Shown here piece by piece: positions 1-11,121 of a stretch of 64,000 bases of DNA (positions are counted from its first letter, which is position 1; each line of letters starts with the position of its first letter). Position numbers and translations under genes: made by a program. This DNA is from Acidobacteriota bacterium (GTDB lineage: Bacteria > Acidobacteriota > Terriglobia > Bryobacterales > Bryobacteraceae): contig JAJYLS010000001.1 of the NCBI GenBank assembly GCA_021787555.1, positions 27,967 to 91,966 of the forward strand, read 5' to 3'. Below the pieces are notes generated by a model. The model was not told where the DNA came from. It saw only the letters and a list, made by a program, of their open reading frames with translations, and searched no databases.

Positions 1-169
1 TGAGGATGCCCGGCGTGCCGTCGGTGGAACCGCCGTCGACGACGATGTACTCGATGCGGGGGTAGTCCTGAGAAAGGACGCTCTCGATGGTCTGCTCCAG
101 GTACGCTGCCATGTTGAGGGAGGGCGTGACGATACTGACCAGGGGAAGATCTGCGTTGGACACCGGCAT
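1..169 (-). CDS. Glycosyltransferase family 2, N-terminal part (runs off the left edge)
   Basis: Manual translation [52 protein letters not shown] is a classic GT2 N-terminus. Not in the ORF track because it is truncated. Confidence 0.9.
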   Translation of the reverse strand, partial: MPVSNADLPLVSIVTPSLNMAAYLEQTIESVLSQDYPRIEYIVVDGGSTDGTPGIL

Positions 170-237
170 GGCGATTATAGCTCCTATCATTCGCGGGACT
201 ACGGCGGAGGGGCCCTGTGATATGCTGGCACTCTTCC

Positions 238-3200
238 ATGAGCAGGGGTCTGTTACTGAGTAACAACGCAAACTGGCCGCTTGCGGCCAGTGCGTTGTTA
301 CTGGGTCCGCAAGGGGCAAGCTGCGGCGTGCGTGCCTGGCAGGATTCGATCATGCTGGAGACCTATGCGGAGGGCCCGCCGGAGATTACGCCGGTATTGG
401 AGGCGTTCAGCCGCGATACATGGTGGTACCCGTACGCCAGCCGGACCAACCTGCTGAGCCAGCGCGCCCCTGTTTCCTGGCGCCGGCTCAACCTGGAAAA
501 CGAATATCTGGCGTGCAGTTTTCTGCCGGACTTGGGAGGGCGGCTGTATTCGTGCACGGACAAACTGAACAACCGGCCCATGTTTTACACGAACCCATCG
601 ATAAAAAAAGCGCCGATCGCGATTCGGGGCGCCCGGGTGGCAGCGGGGATCGAGCCGAATTTTCCGGTAGCGCACAGCCGGGACACGGTTTCGCCGGTGA
701 ATTCCGGGATCGAGCAGGGGAAAGATTACGGTGCGGTGTGGCTGGAGAACCGGGACCGCGTTACGGGCATGCGGTGGCGGGTGGAATTTGTTCTGCGGGA
801 CGGCAGCGCGGTGCTGGAGGAGCGGGTGAATCTGTCGAACCCGACAGCGGTGCGGGCGCCGTACTTTTGGTGGAATAATGCGGAAATTCCGCTGGAGCCA
901 GCGACGCGGTTCGTGGTTCCCACGCACCTGATGGCGACGCACGGGATAACCGAGATCGACACGTGGCCGGCGAGCCGGGCGCACGGAGACCAGAGCATCG
1001 TGGCGAAGCTCAAGAGCGGCACGGCACTGTTCGCGCACGGATCTCACGAGCCGTTCATGGCGGTTTACGACGCGGGGGCGCGGACGGCCACGGTACATTT
1101 TGCCGATGCGGCGCAGGTGCCAGGCAAGAAAATATGGGCGTGGGGAACGGAGGCGGACAGCCAGATCCGGCAGATGTTGAGCGACGACAACGGGCAGTAT
1201 GTGGAAATGCAGGCCGGGTTATTCGAGAACCAGGAGACGTACGAGTTTTTGGGACCGCAGGAGCGGCGGAGCTTCACCGAATACTGGATGGCGGCGCGCG
1301 AGTTGGGCGGAGTTTCGCGGGTGACGCGGGACGCGATTTTGAACCTGGAGCGGAAACGCGTGGACGGGGCTCCCGTGCTGGTGGTGGAGCTGGATGTGAC
1401 GCATGCGATCCATGGGGCGCGGGTGCGGATCTGGGATGGTACGACGGCGGTATTGGACGAGACGGCCGATCTGGAGCCGCGGAGCACGTTTTCGCGGCAG
1501 GTGAAGAGTCCGGCGGCCGGGGCAGCCTACCGATTCGAATTGGCGGATCAAGGCGGGCAGGTCCTGCTGGCGCACACGGAAGGCGGCTACGACGCGATGA
1601 AGCCCTCGGAAGTGAGGCTCGGAAAGCAGGAGCAAAAGGACTGGGGGGACGTTTCGAGCGAGGCGGATTACCTGGCGCGCGGGAATTTCAACGAGCTGAA
1701 CAGCCACTTCCTGTTTGCGCGAGGCGATTATCGCGACGGCATGGAGAAATTCCCGGCGAGCGCGGGGTTGAAAAAAGCCGCTGGGCGGCTGGCGGCGATG
1801 CAGGACAGATTTGCGGAGGGCGAGCACCTGCTGACGGAGGCGGCGGCGGGGTTGCCGGAGGACGCGGAGGCGCGGTATTACCTGGGAGTCGCCGAGGCCG
1901 GTTTGGGGAAAGAAGCGGAGGCGCGAAAGAATTGGGCGCGGGTGGAGGGAGACCATGAATTCGGGCCGGCGGCGCTGGTGGAAGAGGCGGAATCGGAGGC
2001 GCGCAACGGGCAGTTGGGGGAGGCCCTGGCGCCGATCCGGAAGGCACTGGAGAAACGCGGAGGGTTGGTGCGCGCGGGCGGGATAGAGGTGGCGCTGCTG
2101 CGGAGGCTGGGGAAGGCGGACGAGGCGCGCGCGCGGGCGGCGGCATGGCGGGCGGTCGATCCCGTGGATCCGTTCCTGCAAGTGGAAGAAAACCGGCTGG
2201 GTGGGAAGGATGAGACAGTATGGGCGTGGCTGGGGGCGGATGCCGAGCGCGTGCTGGACGTGGCGGATGAATATCTCGATCTGGGAATGTATCGGGAAGC
2301 GATCGAGCTTCTGGAGCGGAGTTACCCGAAGCCGGCGGAGAACCAGGCCGATGCGGGCGCGGAACGGCCGGAGGAGAATCCACTGGTGGCATACTATCGC
2401 GGCTACTGCCGGCGCAAGCTGGGGGAGAGCGCGGCGGAGGATTTCCGGAAGGCGTCATCGATGCGGCTGGAGTACGTTTTCCCGAACCGGGCGAGCTCGT
2501 TTGCGGTGCTGAGGGCAGCGCTGGAAGCGAACCCGGGCGATGCTTCGGCGCACTGGCTGCTGGGGCTGCTCGACATAAATGCGGGGATGGCGGACGAGGC
2601 GATCGGGGAATGGCAGAAGGCCTGGGCGGCCCGGAAGGATATTCCGGCGCTCACAGCGGTGCTGGGCGAAGCGCTGCTGAAGATCAAGAAAGACGACAGC
2701 GCCGCGGTGGTGGTGCTCAAGGGCGGGCTGGACGCGGAACCGGATAACCCGGGATTGCTGAACGCCCTGGACGCGGCGATTGCCCGCGCGGGGACGGGCG
2801 CGCTGACGCGGAGCGAGATAGCGCAAATCGCGCTGCTGTGGGTGGCCGCGGGGGACGTGGGGAAGGGCCAGGGGTTGTTCAACGGGAAGAACTTTCCGGA
2901 AGAAAAGCAGCCGAACGACGTGCGGCAGGCTTACATCGAGGTGCAGATGCAAGGGCTGCGCTCGCTGGCGGTGGCGCATCGCTGCGACGCGGTGATCAAG
3001 GGTTTGGATGCGATCGGCGATGTGGAAGATAAGAACCTGGCTTTCACGCTGCACAGCTTCGACGGGCTGATGAAGGGGCCGCGGTTCCAGTACTATCTGG
3101 GCGACCTGGAATATGCCTGCGGGGACGATAAAGCGGCGCATAAACGCTGGAGCAAGGTAGCGAAAGCCGAGGCTGATCCGGAGACGGCGGATTTCGCGTT

Positions 3201-3477
3201 TCCGGCGCTGGCGGCGGGGCGATTGGAGCAACCGGCGCGGCAGATGCTGGAGACGGACGCGGCGGCGGTGGCGCGGTTGCTGGCGGCGTCGCCGGCGGAA
3301 TCCAGGGGAATTTTGCTATACACCCAGGGGCTGCTGCTCTACACCCTGGGTCAGCAGGATAAAGCCAGGGCGGCGTTTCAGGAAGGTGCGAAGGCGCCGA
3401 ATGCCAACATGTCGCGGTATTTGAGCTTGCTGGCGCTATGGGAGGCGAGGCGGAGCGAGCCCGCGGCGGGGAAATAA
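238..3477 (+). CDS. DUF5107 domain / TPR-repeat protein
   Basis: LENEYL..LPDLGGR, GIEPNFP and GKKIWAWG...YVEMQAG motifs typical of DUF5107, followed by helical TPR-like repeats. Start is either 217 (GTG) or 238 (ATG). Confidence 0.75.
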   Translation: MSRGLLLSNNANWPLAASALLLGPQGASCGVRAWQDSIMLETYAEGPPEITPVLEAFSRDTWWYPYASRTNLLSQRAPVSWRRLNLENEYLACSFLPDLGGRLYSCTDKLNNRPMFYTNPSIKKAPIAIRGARVAAGIEPNFPVAHSRDTVSPVNSGIEQGKDYGAVWLENRDRVTGMRWRVEFVLRDGSAVLEERVNLSNPTAVRAPYFWWNNAEIPLEPATRFVVPTHLMATHGITEIDTWPASRAHGDQSIVAKLKSGTALFAHGSHEPFMAVYDAGARTATVHFADAAQVPGKKIWAWGTEADSQIRQMLSDDNGQYVEMQAGLFENQETYEFLGPQERRSFTEYWMAARELGGVSRVTRDAILNLERKRVDGAPVLVVELDVTHAIHGARVRIWDGTTAVLDETADLEPRSTFSRQVKSPAAGAAYRFELADQGGQVLLAHTEGGYDAMKPSEVRLGKQEQKDWGDVSSEADYLARGNFNELNSHFLFARGDYRDGMEKFPASAGLKKAAGRLAAMQDRFAEGEHLLTEAAAGLPEDAEARYYLGVAEAGLGKEAEARKNWARVEGDHEFGPAALVEEAESEARNGQLGEALAPIRKALEKRGGLVRAGGIEVALLRRLGKADEARARAAAWRAVDPVDPFLQVEENRLGGKDETVWAWLGADAERVLDVADEYLDLGMYREAIELLERSYPKPAENQADAGAERPEENPLVAYYRGYCRRKLGESAAEDFRKASSMRLEYVFPNRASSFAVLRAALEANPGDASAHWLLGLLDINAGMADEAIGEWQKAWAARKDIPALTAVLGEALLKIKKDDSAAVVVLKGGLDAEPDNPGLLNALDAAIARAGTGALTRSEIAQIALLWVAAGDVGKGQGLFNGKNFPEEKQPNDVRQAYIEVQMQGLRSLAVAHRCDAVIKGLDAIGDVEDKNLAFTLHSFDGLMKGPRFQYYLGDLEYACGDDKAAHKRWSKVAKAEADPETADFAFPALAAGRLEQPARQMLETDAAAVARLLAASPAESRGILLYTQGLLLYTLGQQDKARAAFQEGAKAPNANMSRYLSLLALWEARRSEPAAGK

Positions 3478-3628
3478 ATCTGCCCCTCTAGTACTAGACG
3501 GTTCAGGCCAAGCCTGGCTGCCGAAACCCCTTTTCACCCCAACAAATCCGGTGTGAACTGTTGGTAAACTAACTTTCCAAGCTCCTTTCGGGGCGAAAAT
3601 CTCGCAGGCGGTTCGGGGGTAGCGGCAC

Positions 3629-4984
3629 ATGAATCTATCGATCATCGGATTGGGAAAATTGGGCGCGCCCATGGCGGCCGTGATGGCGCACAAGGGGCAT
3701 AAGGTGGTCGGCGTGGACGTGAACCCCGCCTATGTGACCGCCGTGCAGCAGGGGCAGGCGCCGGTAGACGAGCCTGGCCTCGCGGAAATGATGCGCGCCA
3801 ACCGCAAGCGGCTTTCCGCAACCATGGATTACGATCAGGCCATCCTGGCGAGCGATGCCACTTTCATCATCGTGCCCACTCCCTCGGATCCGGATGGCAC
3901 CTTCTCGCTGCGCTACGTTCTGGCGGCCGCCGGGAAGATCGGCGCCGCCCTTCGCAAGAAAGACGGATGGCATCTGGTGGTCCTTTCGAGCACCGTCATG
4001 CCGGGATCCGTGGAGCAGAGCGTGCTGCCGGCTCTCGAGGTGTACTCCGGGAAAAAGTGCGGCGAGGAGTTCGGGCTGTGCTATAACCCCGAATTCATCG
4101 CCCTCGGCAGCGTCATCCACGACATGTTGAATCCCGACATGGTCCTGATCGGCGAATCCGACCGGCGCTCGGGCGAGATTCTGGCGAAGCTCTATGCCGG
4201 CGTCTGCGAGAGCAAGCCGCGCATCCAGCGGATGAATTTCGTTAACGCCGAGCTGACCAAGCTCTCCGTGAACACCTACGTCACCACAAAGATTTCCTAC
4301 GCGAATATGCTGGCGCAGGTTTGCGAGACCCTCCCCGGCGCGGATGTGGATGCGGTCACAGCGGCGCTGGGCTGCGACAGCCGCATCGGCCCGAAATATC
4401 TCAAAGGCGCGCTGGGCTACGGCGGCCCGTGTTTCCCGCGCGATTCTGTTGCGTTCTCCGCGCTGGCCAGAATGAATGGTGTGCCGGCGTTGCTGGCGGA
4501 AGCCACCGATGCCCTGAATCGCCGGCAGGTGCCGCGGCTTGTCGAAATGATCTTTGCGCACCTGCCGGAAGGGGGCACCGCCGGGGTGTTGGGTCTTTCC
4601 TACAAGCCCGGTACGCCGGTGATCGAGGAATCGCAGGGCCTGGATTTGGCCAAGGCGCTGCTGGCGAAGGGAGTCTCCGTCGTGGTGTACGATCCCGCGG
4701 CCATGGAGAATGCCAGGGACCGCCTGAAAGGTCATGTGACCTTTGCCCCAAGCGCCGCCGCCAGCGCCACCGGCGCGGACGTCCTGGCGATCACCACGCC
4801 CTGGGCGGAATTTCGCGGCCTGAAGCCGTCCGATTTGAAACCGGGATCGGCCGTGCTGGATTGCTGGCGGCTTTTTGCGGACCACTCCCTGGGTTGCGGG
4901 GTGCGGCTGCTGCATCTCGGTATCGGTGGAGCGGTTCGGGAAACAGACCCAACCGAAGCCGTATCGGCGGTCGAGGGAGATTAG
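3629..4984 (+). CDS. UDP-glucose/GDP-mannose dehydrogenase family nucleotide-sugar dehydrogenase
   Basis: Rossmann GLGKLG, VPTP, YNPEF and catalytic GYGGPCFPRD motifs. Confidence 0.92.
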   Translation: MNLSIIGLGKLGAPMAAVMAHKGHKVVGVDVNPAYVTAVQQGQAPVDEPGLAEMMRANRKRLSATMDYDQAILASDATFIIVPTPSDPDGTFSLRYVLAAAGKIGAALRKKDGWHLVVLSSTVMPGSVEQSVLPALEVYSGKKCGEEFGLCYNPEFIALGSVIHDMLNPDMVLIGESDRRSGEILAKLYAGVCESKPRIQRMNFVNAELTKLSVNTYVTTKISYANMLAQVCETLPGADVDAVTAALGCDSRIGPKYLKGALGYGGPCFPRDSVAFSALARMNGVPALLAEATDALNRRQVPRLVEMIFAHLPEGGTAGVLGLSYKPGTPVIEESQGLDLAKALLAKGVSVVVYDPAAMENARDRLKGHVTFAPSAAASATGADVLAITTPWAEFRGLKPSDLKPGSAVLDCWRLFADHSLGCGVRLLHLGIGGAVRETDPTEAVSAVEGD

Positions 4985-4985
4985 G

Positions 4986-6620
4986 GTGAGCGCCGCGGCG
5001 CGGGGTGCCCTCTGGGCCCGGCCCGGATATTTGTCTCTCGCCAGCTTCGGCGCCGCGCTGGTGTTTCTGCTGCTCGAGCCCTACTCGAATTTCGGCCCCA
5101 CGGGCTATCTCGATCCCTGGTTCTACACCGGGTATTTCACGCACTTCTCCTACTTACTCCGGCACGACGGCGTAACTTACTACGTCTCACGCCTCCCCTG
5201 GATTCTCCCCGGCTGGCTCGTCTTTCGCCTTGCTCCACCCGCCGCGGCAACAGTCCTGCTGAACGCGCTGATCGTGGCCGCGGCCGTGACGGCGCTGTTC
5301 CTGATCGTGCAGCGGCGCTATGACACCTGGGCGGCCGCGCTGGCGTGTGTCGCGCTCGCGACGAATCCTTATTTCGTCTCCGCGGTTTCCTGGGACTACC
5401 CGGATGGCCCTGCGATCGCATACGCCCTCTGCGCCCTTGCCTGCTTTTTGCGCCCTTCTTCCGGACGCATTCCGAACGCGGTTTGGGGCGGGGTGTTTCT
5501 GGCGCTCTCCGGCTATACGAACCTCGCGGGGCTGCCGGTGCTGCTCGGCATTGCGGCGATTCCCATTTGGCGCTACAAGGACGCCGTGCGGGAACTTACA
5601 CGGCAAGCCGCGCTGGCGATTGCCGGCGGCGCGGGCGCAACGGCCGTTTTGGCGATCGTCAGCAAGCTCTCTCTCGGTACGTATCTATTTTTCATGCCGC
5701 AGATAAGTCAGATCATTTATACGCGTACGCATCCTCACTACCTCAGCGATATGTGGGGCACCGGGAACGCCTGGATTCCCGGCGCGTATCGCCTGGGCGC
5801 ACCGCTGTTTCTGCTGGCCGTGGGAGCGGTGGCCGTTGTCCGCGGCCGCAAGGAAAGCGCGCTCATCGAAAGCTACGTCTGCCTGGCGGTTTCATCCGTT
5901 CTTTTTATTTTCTTCGAATTCGGCCTGCACAACACCGGGTTGAGAGTTGCATATCAGAGCAGCTATATCGTCGCTCCGATGTTCGCCTTTGCCGGGTTGC
6001 TTTTGGGCGAATACGCCCCGCGCTCGCCAGCGGGGCGCGTCGCGTTGTTGCTCTTGGGCCTGGCTTTGCCGTTCGTCTGGTTGCAATGGCCGTTGACTCC
6101 GAAGCCGGAAATGTTCTGGCCGGCGATGGCGCTGCTGGCTTTATGCGCCGCGGCTCTTTGGAAGCGCCCTGCTGCCTGTGGCCTCATCTTCATCGCGCTC
6201 TTCTGCGGGCCGGCATTCGACCCCAGCCTGAGCTACATCTGGAAACACCTGAACGCTTGCGCGTTCCAAACCATGATGCAGATGGAATCCGCAATCGACG
6301 CCCGGCTCGCGCCCGCGCGCTCTGTGCGCTTCTGGTTCGAGCCTCACCGGCCGGCCTCGAACCTGTTCGACTCCGTCAGCTCGCTGTACCTCTGGCCGCA
6401 TGTCGATGCCGACCTTGGAGTGCTGGCGGAGTCCGCCACCACGCTGGTGCATCTCAGCCTGAATCCGGACAGAAGCGCCGAGCACGACAAACTCCTCGCC
6501 GCCCGCGGCCTTCGTGTAGAAAATGAGCGCCGCTCGACCGTGTCTTCCAGCCTCGGCACAGTCTACGTCGTTTTGCAGGACGTGGCGGCTACGCCCGCCG
6601 CACCAGATCGAACCAGATGA
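4986..6620 (+). CDS. Polytopic membrane protein, probable GT-C-fold glycosyltransferase
   Basis: About 12 hydrophobic segments, DPWFY first-loop motif and WDYPDG. GTG at 4986 follows the upstream stop directly. Confidence 0.6.
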   Translation: MSAAARGALWARPGYLSLASFGAALVFLLLEPYSNFGPTGYLDPWFYTGYFTHFSYLLRHDGVTYYVSRLPWILPGWLVFRLAPPAAATVLLNALIVAAAVTALFLIVQRRYDTWAAALACVALATNPYFVSAVSWDYPDGPAIAYALCALACFLRPSSGRIPNAVWGGVFLALSGYTNLAGLPVLLGIAAIPIWRYKDAVRELTRQAALAIAGGAGATAVLAIVSKLSLGTYLFFMPQISQIIYTRTHPHYLSDMWGTGNAWIPGAYRLGAPLFLLAVGAVAVVRGRKESALIESYVCLAVSSVLFIFFEFGLHNTGLRVAYQSSYIVAPMFAFAGLLLGEYAPRSPAGRVALLLLGLALPFVWLQWPLTPKPEMFWPAMALLALCAAALWKRPAACGLIFIALFCGPAFDPSLSYIWKHLNACAFQTMMQMESAIDARLAPARSVRFWFEPHRPASNLFDSVSSLYLWPHVDADLGVLAESATTLVHLSLNPDRSAEHDKLLAARGLRVENERRSTVSSSLGTVYVVLQDVAATPAAPDRTR

Positions 6621-7797
6621 AGTCGTTACCGTGGAAGTTGAAGCTCAGCACGGCGTCGAATTCCGCCGGACGCAGACGCTCGCGCAGGCGCGCCAGGTCG
6701 TACCATTCGGCCCAGGGAGTGGCCGCGCCGTCGGTGTGCTTGCCCCACCGGTCGAATGCGAGCCGGCCTTCCCGCTCCCAGCGCTCGCGCGGATAGGCCA
6801 ATTCAATCCAGCGCCCGCGGGCGCGAAGATGCTCCAGGAGCTTCCGGGCTTCGCCGCGAACGAACTCGAAGGGGGCGTGGATCATGGATCCCTGACACCA
6901 GATGACATCGAAATCCATGGGCAGGCGGTCGATCGAGCGCAAATCTTCCAGGTAGACGAAATCGGCGTTTTCGATGTGAAGGATCCGGCAAAGTCTCCGG
7001 AGCACATCCAGATTGGTGGGTGCGATGTCCAGAAACGTCATGCGAGCGCCGGCACGCGCGAAGGAGATGCCATCCAATCCGAAGCCCGAGCCGACGTCCA
7101 ACACCTTTCTGCCGCGCAGCACGTCCGCATATAGTTCGTGATACCAGCCGCGGGCGGCGTAGCCCGAGCCGGTGGTCGATTCGCGGTGGCTTTCGTCCCA
7201 CAGCGCCGCCAGTTTTTCATCGTCGAGCTTCAGGAGGTCCGCGGTTTTGCGCCTTCCGGTGAGTCCGGCGGGGACTTCGCACCATTTTTCGCGCAAGACC
7301 GCGAATAGAGCCGCGCCGGAGCTGTCGGCGGAGGTCAGCGCCGAAATGTCGGGCGTGGCAGCCGGGGGGAGGTTCTCGGCTTCGAGCCCGAAAATCGCGC
7401 AGCGCGAGGGCACGCCGCCCTGGGCATTGTTGCGAATCACGACCCAGCCGGAGTCCGGTGCGCCATCGACCACAATTTCAACCGTCGTGTCGCCATCCAC
7501 GGGCGAGCGCTCTTCGTCATTCCCCAGAATCTCGGTCAAATCGTCCTTGACAAACGCAACGCCGATGCGGCCTTCGTCGACCCGCGCCTTCACCCGCACC
7601 AGGATGCGGCCGGCGCTTCCTTTTTTCGCGCCGCGGTACCGAAATGCCGCGGCGTACGACCATTGCGCCGCATCGGTGGTGATCTCCAGCGGCCCCGCTC
7701 CGGAGATCGCGGCGCCGTTGTGCGCCGTGTAATTTCTAAGATCGAGAGCCGCTCCAGCGCTTGCCACCGGCGCTTTCTTAGTGAAGGGTAATTTCAT
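6589..7797 (-). CDS. Class I SAM-dependent methyltransferase with an N-terminal beta-rich domain
   Basis: VLDVGSGFG motif I and FDVIW in the C-terminal half. Confidence 0.8.
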   Translation of the reverse strand: MKLPFTKKAPVASAGAALDLRNYTAHNGAAISGAGPLEITTDAAQWSYAAAFRYRGAKKGSAGRILVRVKARVDEGRIGVAFVKDDLTEILGNDEERSPVDGDTTVEIVVDGAPDSGWVVIRNNAQGGVPSRCAIFGLEAENLPPAATPDISALTSADSSGAALFAVLREKWCEVPAGLTGRRKTADLLKLDDEKLAALWDESHRESTTGSGYAARGWYHELYADVLRGRKVLDVGSGFGLDGISFARAGARMTFLDIAPTNLDVLRRLCRILHIENADFVYLEDLRSIDRLPMDFDVIWCQGSMIHAPFEFVRGEARKLLEHLRARGRWIELAYPRERWEREGRLAFDRWGKHTDGAATPWAEWYDLARLRERLRPAEFDAVLSFNFHGNDFIWFDLVRRA

Positions 7798-7845
7798 TGC
7801 AGTGGGAACAGCGGCATTATAGCAACCGGTTAAAATTATGGTGCG

Positions 7846-9519
7846 ATGCCGGAGACTCCCTATCTATCTATTGTCGTCACGACACGCAATGACGATCATG
7901 GCGGAAGCCTGCTCCGGCGGACCCAGACCTTCCTCAACGCCTTGGTCGGGCAGATTCAGCGGCACGCGGTGTCCTGCGAGCTGATCGTCGTGGAATGGAA
8001 CCCGCCGCAGGACCGGCCGCGGCTGCGCGAGGCGCTCCGCTGGCCTGCCGGTATGCCGCCGGACCGGGTGCGCATCATCGAGGTGCCGTGCGCGATCCAC
8101 TCGCGTTACCGGAACGCGGAAGAGTTGCCGCTCTATCAGATGATTGCCAAGAATGCCGGGGTGCGCAGGGCGCGCGGGGAGTTCATCCTGGCCACCAATA
8201 TCGATATTCTTTTCTCGGACGAGCTGATGGCCTTCCTCGCCGCCCGGCAGCTTGAACCCGATTGCCTCTACCGCATCGACCGCCATGACGTAATGACGGA
8301 CGTTCCCATGGATGCGCCCGTGGAAGAGCAACTGGCATATTGCAAGACGCATTTGGTTCGGATCAATTCCCGTGCCGGATCGTTTCCAGTTACCTCCGAA
8401 GGTCTTCCGGCCCGGGCACCGGCGGATATAGCGGATTCCGGCGCAGACATCGCCTTCGGCGAGGGATGGTTCCCGCCGGAATTCGATGGCGCCCGGCCCT
8501 TCCGCTGGGTGGCCAACGATGCGGAGATGGCGATCTCGGTTCCGACAGGGGGACTGCGGACGTTGCTTTTCGAAATCGCCCCCGGTCCGAGCATGGATTC
8601 CAGGACATTCGGCCTGGAGTTTGTGGACGCCGGGGGGCGGATGCTTGCGCAGGCCCAGATTGAGGGCCGGTCGAAGGTTGCGCTTCAACTGCCGCCCGGC
8701 GGCGACCGGTTCCGGTTCCGTCTGCACACGCCGCAGGGCGGCCGGCCGCTGCGGCGCGATCCGCGCATTTTGAATTTCCGCGTGCTGCGCTGCGAATGGC
8801 AGCAGGCCGCTGCTATGCACCTGCCGGCCGGCCCAACCGCCGCGGAGCAGGAGTACTTATCCGGGTTTCGAAGCGATTCCCATCCAATAGGAAGGTTCCA
8901 CCGGGTTTCCGGATTCGCCGGCAAGATCGCCGGCATTCTGCGCAGAGCCGCGGAGGACGGGCCGGTGGTCACCGTTTGGGTGCCGGTCCCCCGCGCCGCC
9001 CGGAGCTTCCTGCGGTTCTGTTTTCGGCTGCCCCCGGAAAACAACCGCGCCGGGGATTTGGCCGAGGGGGTACAGGGAGCCCCTGCCGCACCTCCCGGAT
9101 CCGCGGATCTTGGACCGGTCTATCTCCACACCAACGGCTGTGGCGATTTCACCCTGATGCACCGAAGCCAATGGTTCGCCCTGCGCGGTTATGCCGAGTG
9201 GGACCTTTACTCGTTCCACATCGATTCCGTGCTTTGCTACGCCGCGTACCATGGCGGCCTGCGGGAGGTGGTGCTGCCGGAGCCCATGCGGATCTATCAC
9301 ATCGAGCACGGCCGCGGTTCGGGCTGGTCTCCGGAAGGGGAGCGGCAGTTGTTCGAGAGACTCCGCCGCAAGGGCGTCGCGTGGCTCGACTACGACGAAG
9401 TGATCACCTGGGCCGTGCAGATGCGGCGGCTCGGCTGCCCCATGATTTTCAACCTGGAAAACTGGGGGCTGGGCGAATTCGACCTGCCGGAGAGCGGCGC
9501 GCCCGCGAGCGCCTTGTGA
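7846..9519 (+). CDS. GT2-like (GT-A) protein with an inserted domain, paralog 1
   Basis: YLSIVVTTRNDD, ELIVVEWN, KNAGVRRARGEFILATNID and C-terminal GDFTL..RGY..YHIEH motifs. Confidence 0.7.
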   Translation: MPETPYLSIVVTTRNDDHGGSLLRRTQTFLNALVGQIQRHAVSCELIVVEWNPPQDRPRLREALRWPAGMPPDRVRIIEVPCAIHSRYRNAEELPLYQMIAKNAGVRRARGEFILATNIDILFSDELMAFLAARQLEPDCLYRIDRHDVMTDVPMDAPVEEQLAYCKTHLVRINSRAGSFPVTSEGLPARAPADIADSGADIAFGEGWFPPEFDGARPFRWVANDAEMAISVPTGGLRTLLFEIAPGPSMDSRTFGLEFVDAGGRMLAQAQIEGRSKVALQLPPGGDRFRFRLHTPQGGRPLRRDPRILNFRVLRCEWQQAAAMHLPAGPTAAEQEYLSGFRSDSHPIGRFHRVSGFAGKIAGILRRAAEDGPVVTVWVPVPRAARSFLRFCFRLPPENNRAGDLAEGVQGAPAAPPGSADLGPVYLHTNGCGDFTLMHRSQWFALRGYAEWDLYSFHIDSVLCYAAYHGGLREVVLPEPMRIYHIEHGRGSGWSPEGERQLFERLRRKGVAWLDYDEVITWAVQMRRLGCPMIFNLENWGLGEFDLPESGAPASAL

Positions 9520-11021
9520 TGGAGCCGCCCTATCTCTCGGTCGTGGCGACAGCCCGCAATGACGAGCACGGCGGCAATCTCCTGCGGCGGCTACAGACGT
9601 TCGTCAACGCCCTCGCCGGCCAGGCTCGACACCACGCAGTACCGGTTGAGCTCGTGCTCGTCGAGTGGAATCCGCCGCCTGAGCGGCCGACGCTGCGGGA
9701 AGCCATCCGGTGGCCGGAGCCGGGTCCGTGCCGCATCCGCGTGGTGACGGTCCCCGCGGAGATCCACCGGCGCTATCCGCACCACGAAAACCTCCCGCTG
9801 TTTCAGATGATCGGCAAGAACGCGGGCATCCGCCGAGCCGAGGGCGAGTTCATCCTGGCCACCAACATCGATGTTCTCTTCTCCTGCGAATTCTTCGAGC
9901 TGCTGGCCGCGCGCCGCCTGGAGTCCGGCCGTCTCTACCGTATGGATCGCCACGACGTGGATGCCGGTGTTCCGCCCGCCGCGCCCGTCGTCGAACAGCT
10001 CCAATACTGCCGCACCCACGCCATCCGGATTCACGCCCGCGAAGGCAGCTTCGCGTTGACTGCGGATGACCACCGCGGCCTCGCGGTGCGCGATATCGCG
10101 CGCGCCGCGGAGGGAGTCTTCTTCGAAACCGGCTGGTATCCGCCCGAGCAGCATTTCGGCCGCCTCTTCCGTTGGGCCGCGCCTCAATCGGAGATTGCCG
10201 TGCGCCCGGCTGCCTCGCCGCGGGTGCTCTTGCTCGAGGTGGAGCCGGCGGCGGCCGCGGTGGCCCTCCGCGCCGGTGCCACGGAAGTCCGCATCGCCGG
10301 CCGCGCGCTTCTCAGGCTGCTTGTGCCGGCGGGCCGATGCGGCATTCGTTTGGAGGCCTCCCCACCGGCGCGTGTCGCCCTGGATCCCCGCACTCTCTGC
10401 TTTCGCGCCTTCCGCTGCCGCTGGGCCGCTGCTCCGGCAGGATCCGAATGCGCCGCCATTGAGGCGGCCAGGGCCGCTCCCCGGCCGTTCGCCCGTGCCG
10501 GCGAGATCGTTTTGCGCGGCGCGGAGTTCGCCCGCGATGTCGCTTTCGGCCGCGCCCGCTTCCGCATGGGCCGGCCGCCGCGGATGTCCTCCGGCGGCAA
10601 GCCCGGTCCCGCGGCCCTGCCTCCCGACCTTCACCTGAACGCTTCCGGCGATTTCACTCTCCTCGATCGGGCCCGCTGGTTCGCGCTCCGCGGTTATCCC
10701 GAATTCGCCATGTACTCCATGAATCTCGATTCGCTCTTGTGCTACATGGCCCATTACGCCGGCGCGGTCGAGTGTGTCTTGCGCGACCCCATACGCGCTT
10801 ACCACATCGAGCACGGTGCCGGCTCCGGCTGGACCCCCGAGGGAGAAAGGCTCCTTTTCAGCCGCCTCTCGGCCGCCGGAATCCCCTGGATGGAATTCGA
10901 CGAAGTCTTCCGCCGGGCCTGCGAAATGGAGCGCCTGCAAACGGTTCCGGCGTCTAACGGCGACGATTGGGGCCTGGCGGGGGAGCATTTGCCGGAAACC
11001 GTGCTCGCCGCCCGCGCATGA
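9519..11021 (+). CDS. GT2-like (GT-A) protein with an inserted domain, paralog 2
   Basis: Same motif order as 7846-9519. The ATG overlaps the upstream TGA (TGATG). The ORF-track extension to 8796 is unlikely to be translated. Confidence 0.7.
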   Translation: MEPPYLSVVATARNDEHGGNLLRRLQTFVNALAGQARHHAVPVELVLVEWNPPPERPTLREAIRWPEPGPCRIRVVTVPAEIHRRYPHHENLPLFQMIGKNAGIRRAEGEFILATNIDVLFSCEFFELLAARRLESGRLYRMDRHDVDAGVPPAAPVVEQLQYCRTHAIRIHAREGSFALTADDHRGLAVRDIARAAEGVFFETGWYPPEQHFGRLFRWAAPQSEIAVRPAASPRVLLLEVEPAAAAVALRAGATEVRIAGRALLRLLVPAGRCGIRLEASPPARVALDPRTLCFRAFRCRWAAAPAGSECAAIEAARAAPRPFARAGEIVLRGAEFARDVAFGRARFRMGRPPRMSSGGKPGPAALPPDLHLNASGDFTLLDRARWFALRGYPEFAMYSMNLDSLLCYMAHYAGAVECVLRDPIRAYHIEHGAGSGWTPEGERLLFSRLSAAGIPWMEFDEVFRRACEMERLQTVPASNGDDWGLAGEHLPETVLAARA

Positions 11022-11121
11022 CACCGGGCCGCGGAGCAATTGAGGGGGATCGCCAGGGACCTTCCGGCGTAATGCGGGTATAATGTGAAACTGAATGTCA
11101 TAACGCACCGGTCGCTCTTGG

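Noticed and set aside
3616..3626. GGGGGTAGCGG as an ops/JUMPstart element
   Set aside because: The match is imperfect, overlaps the probable RBS region, and no NusG paralog is in the window.
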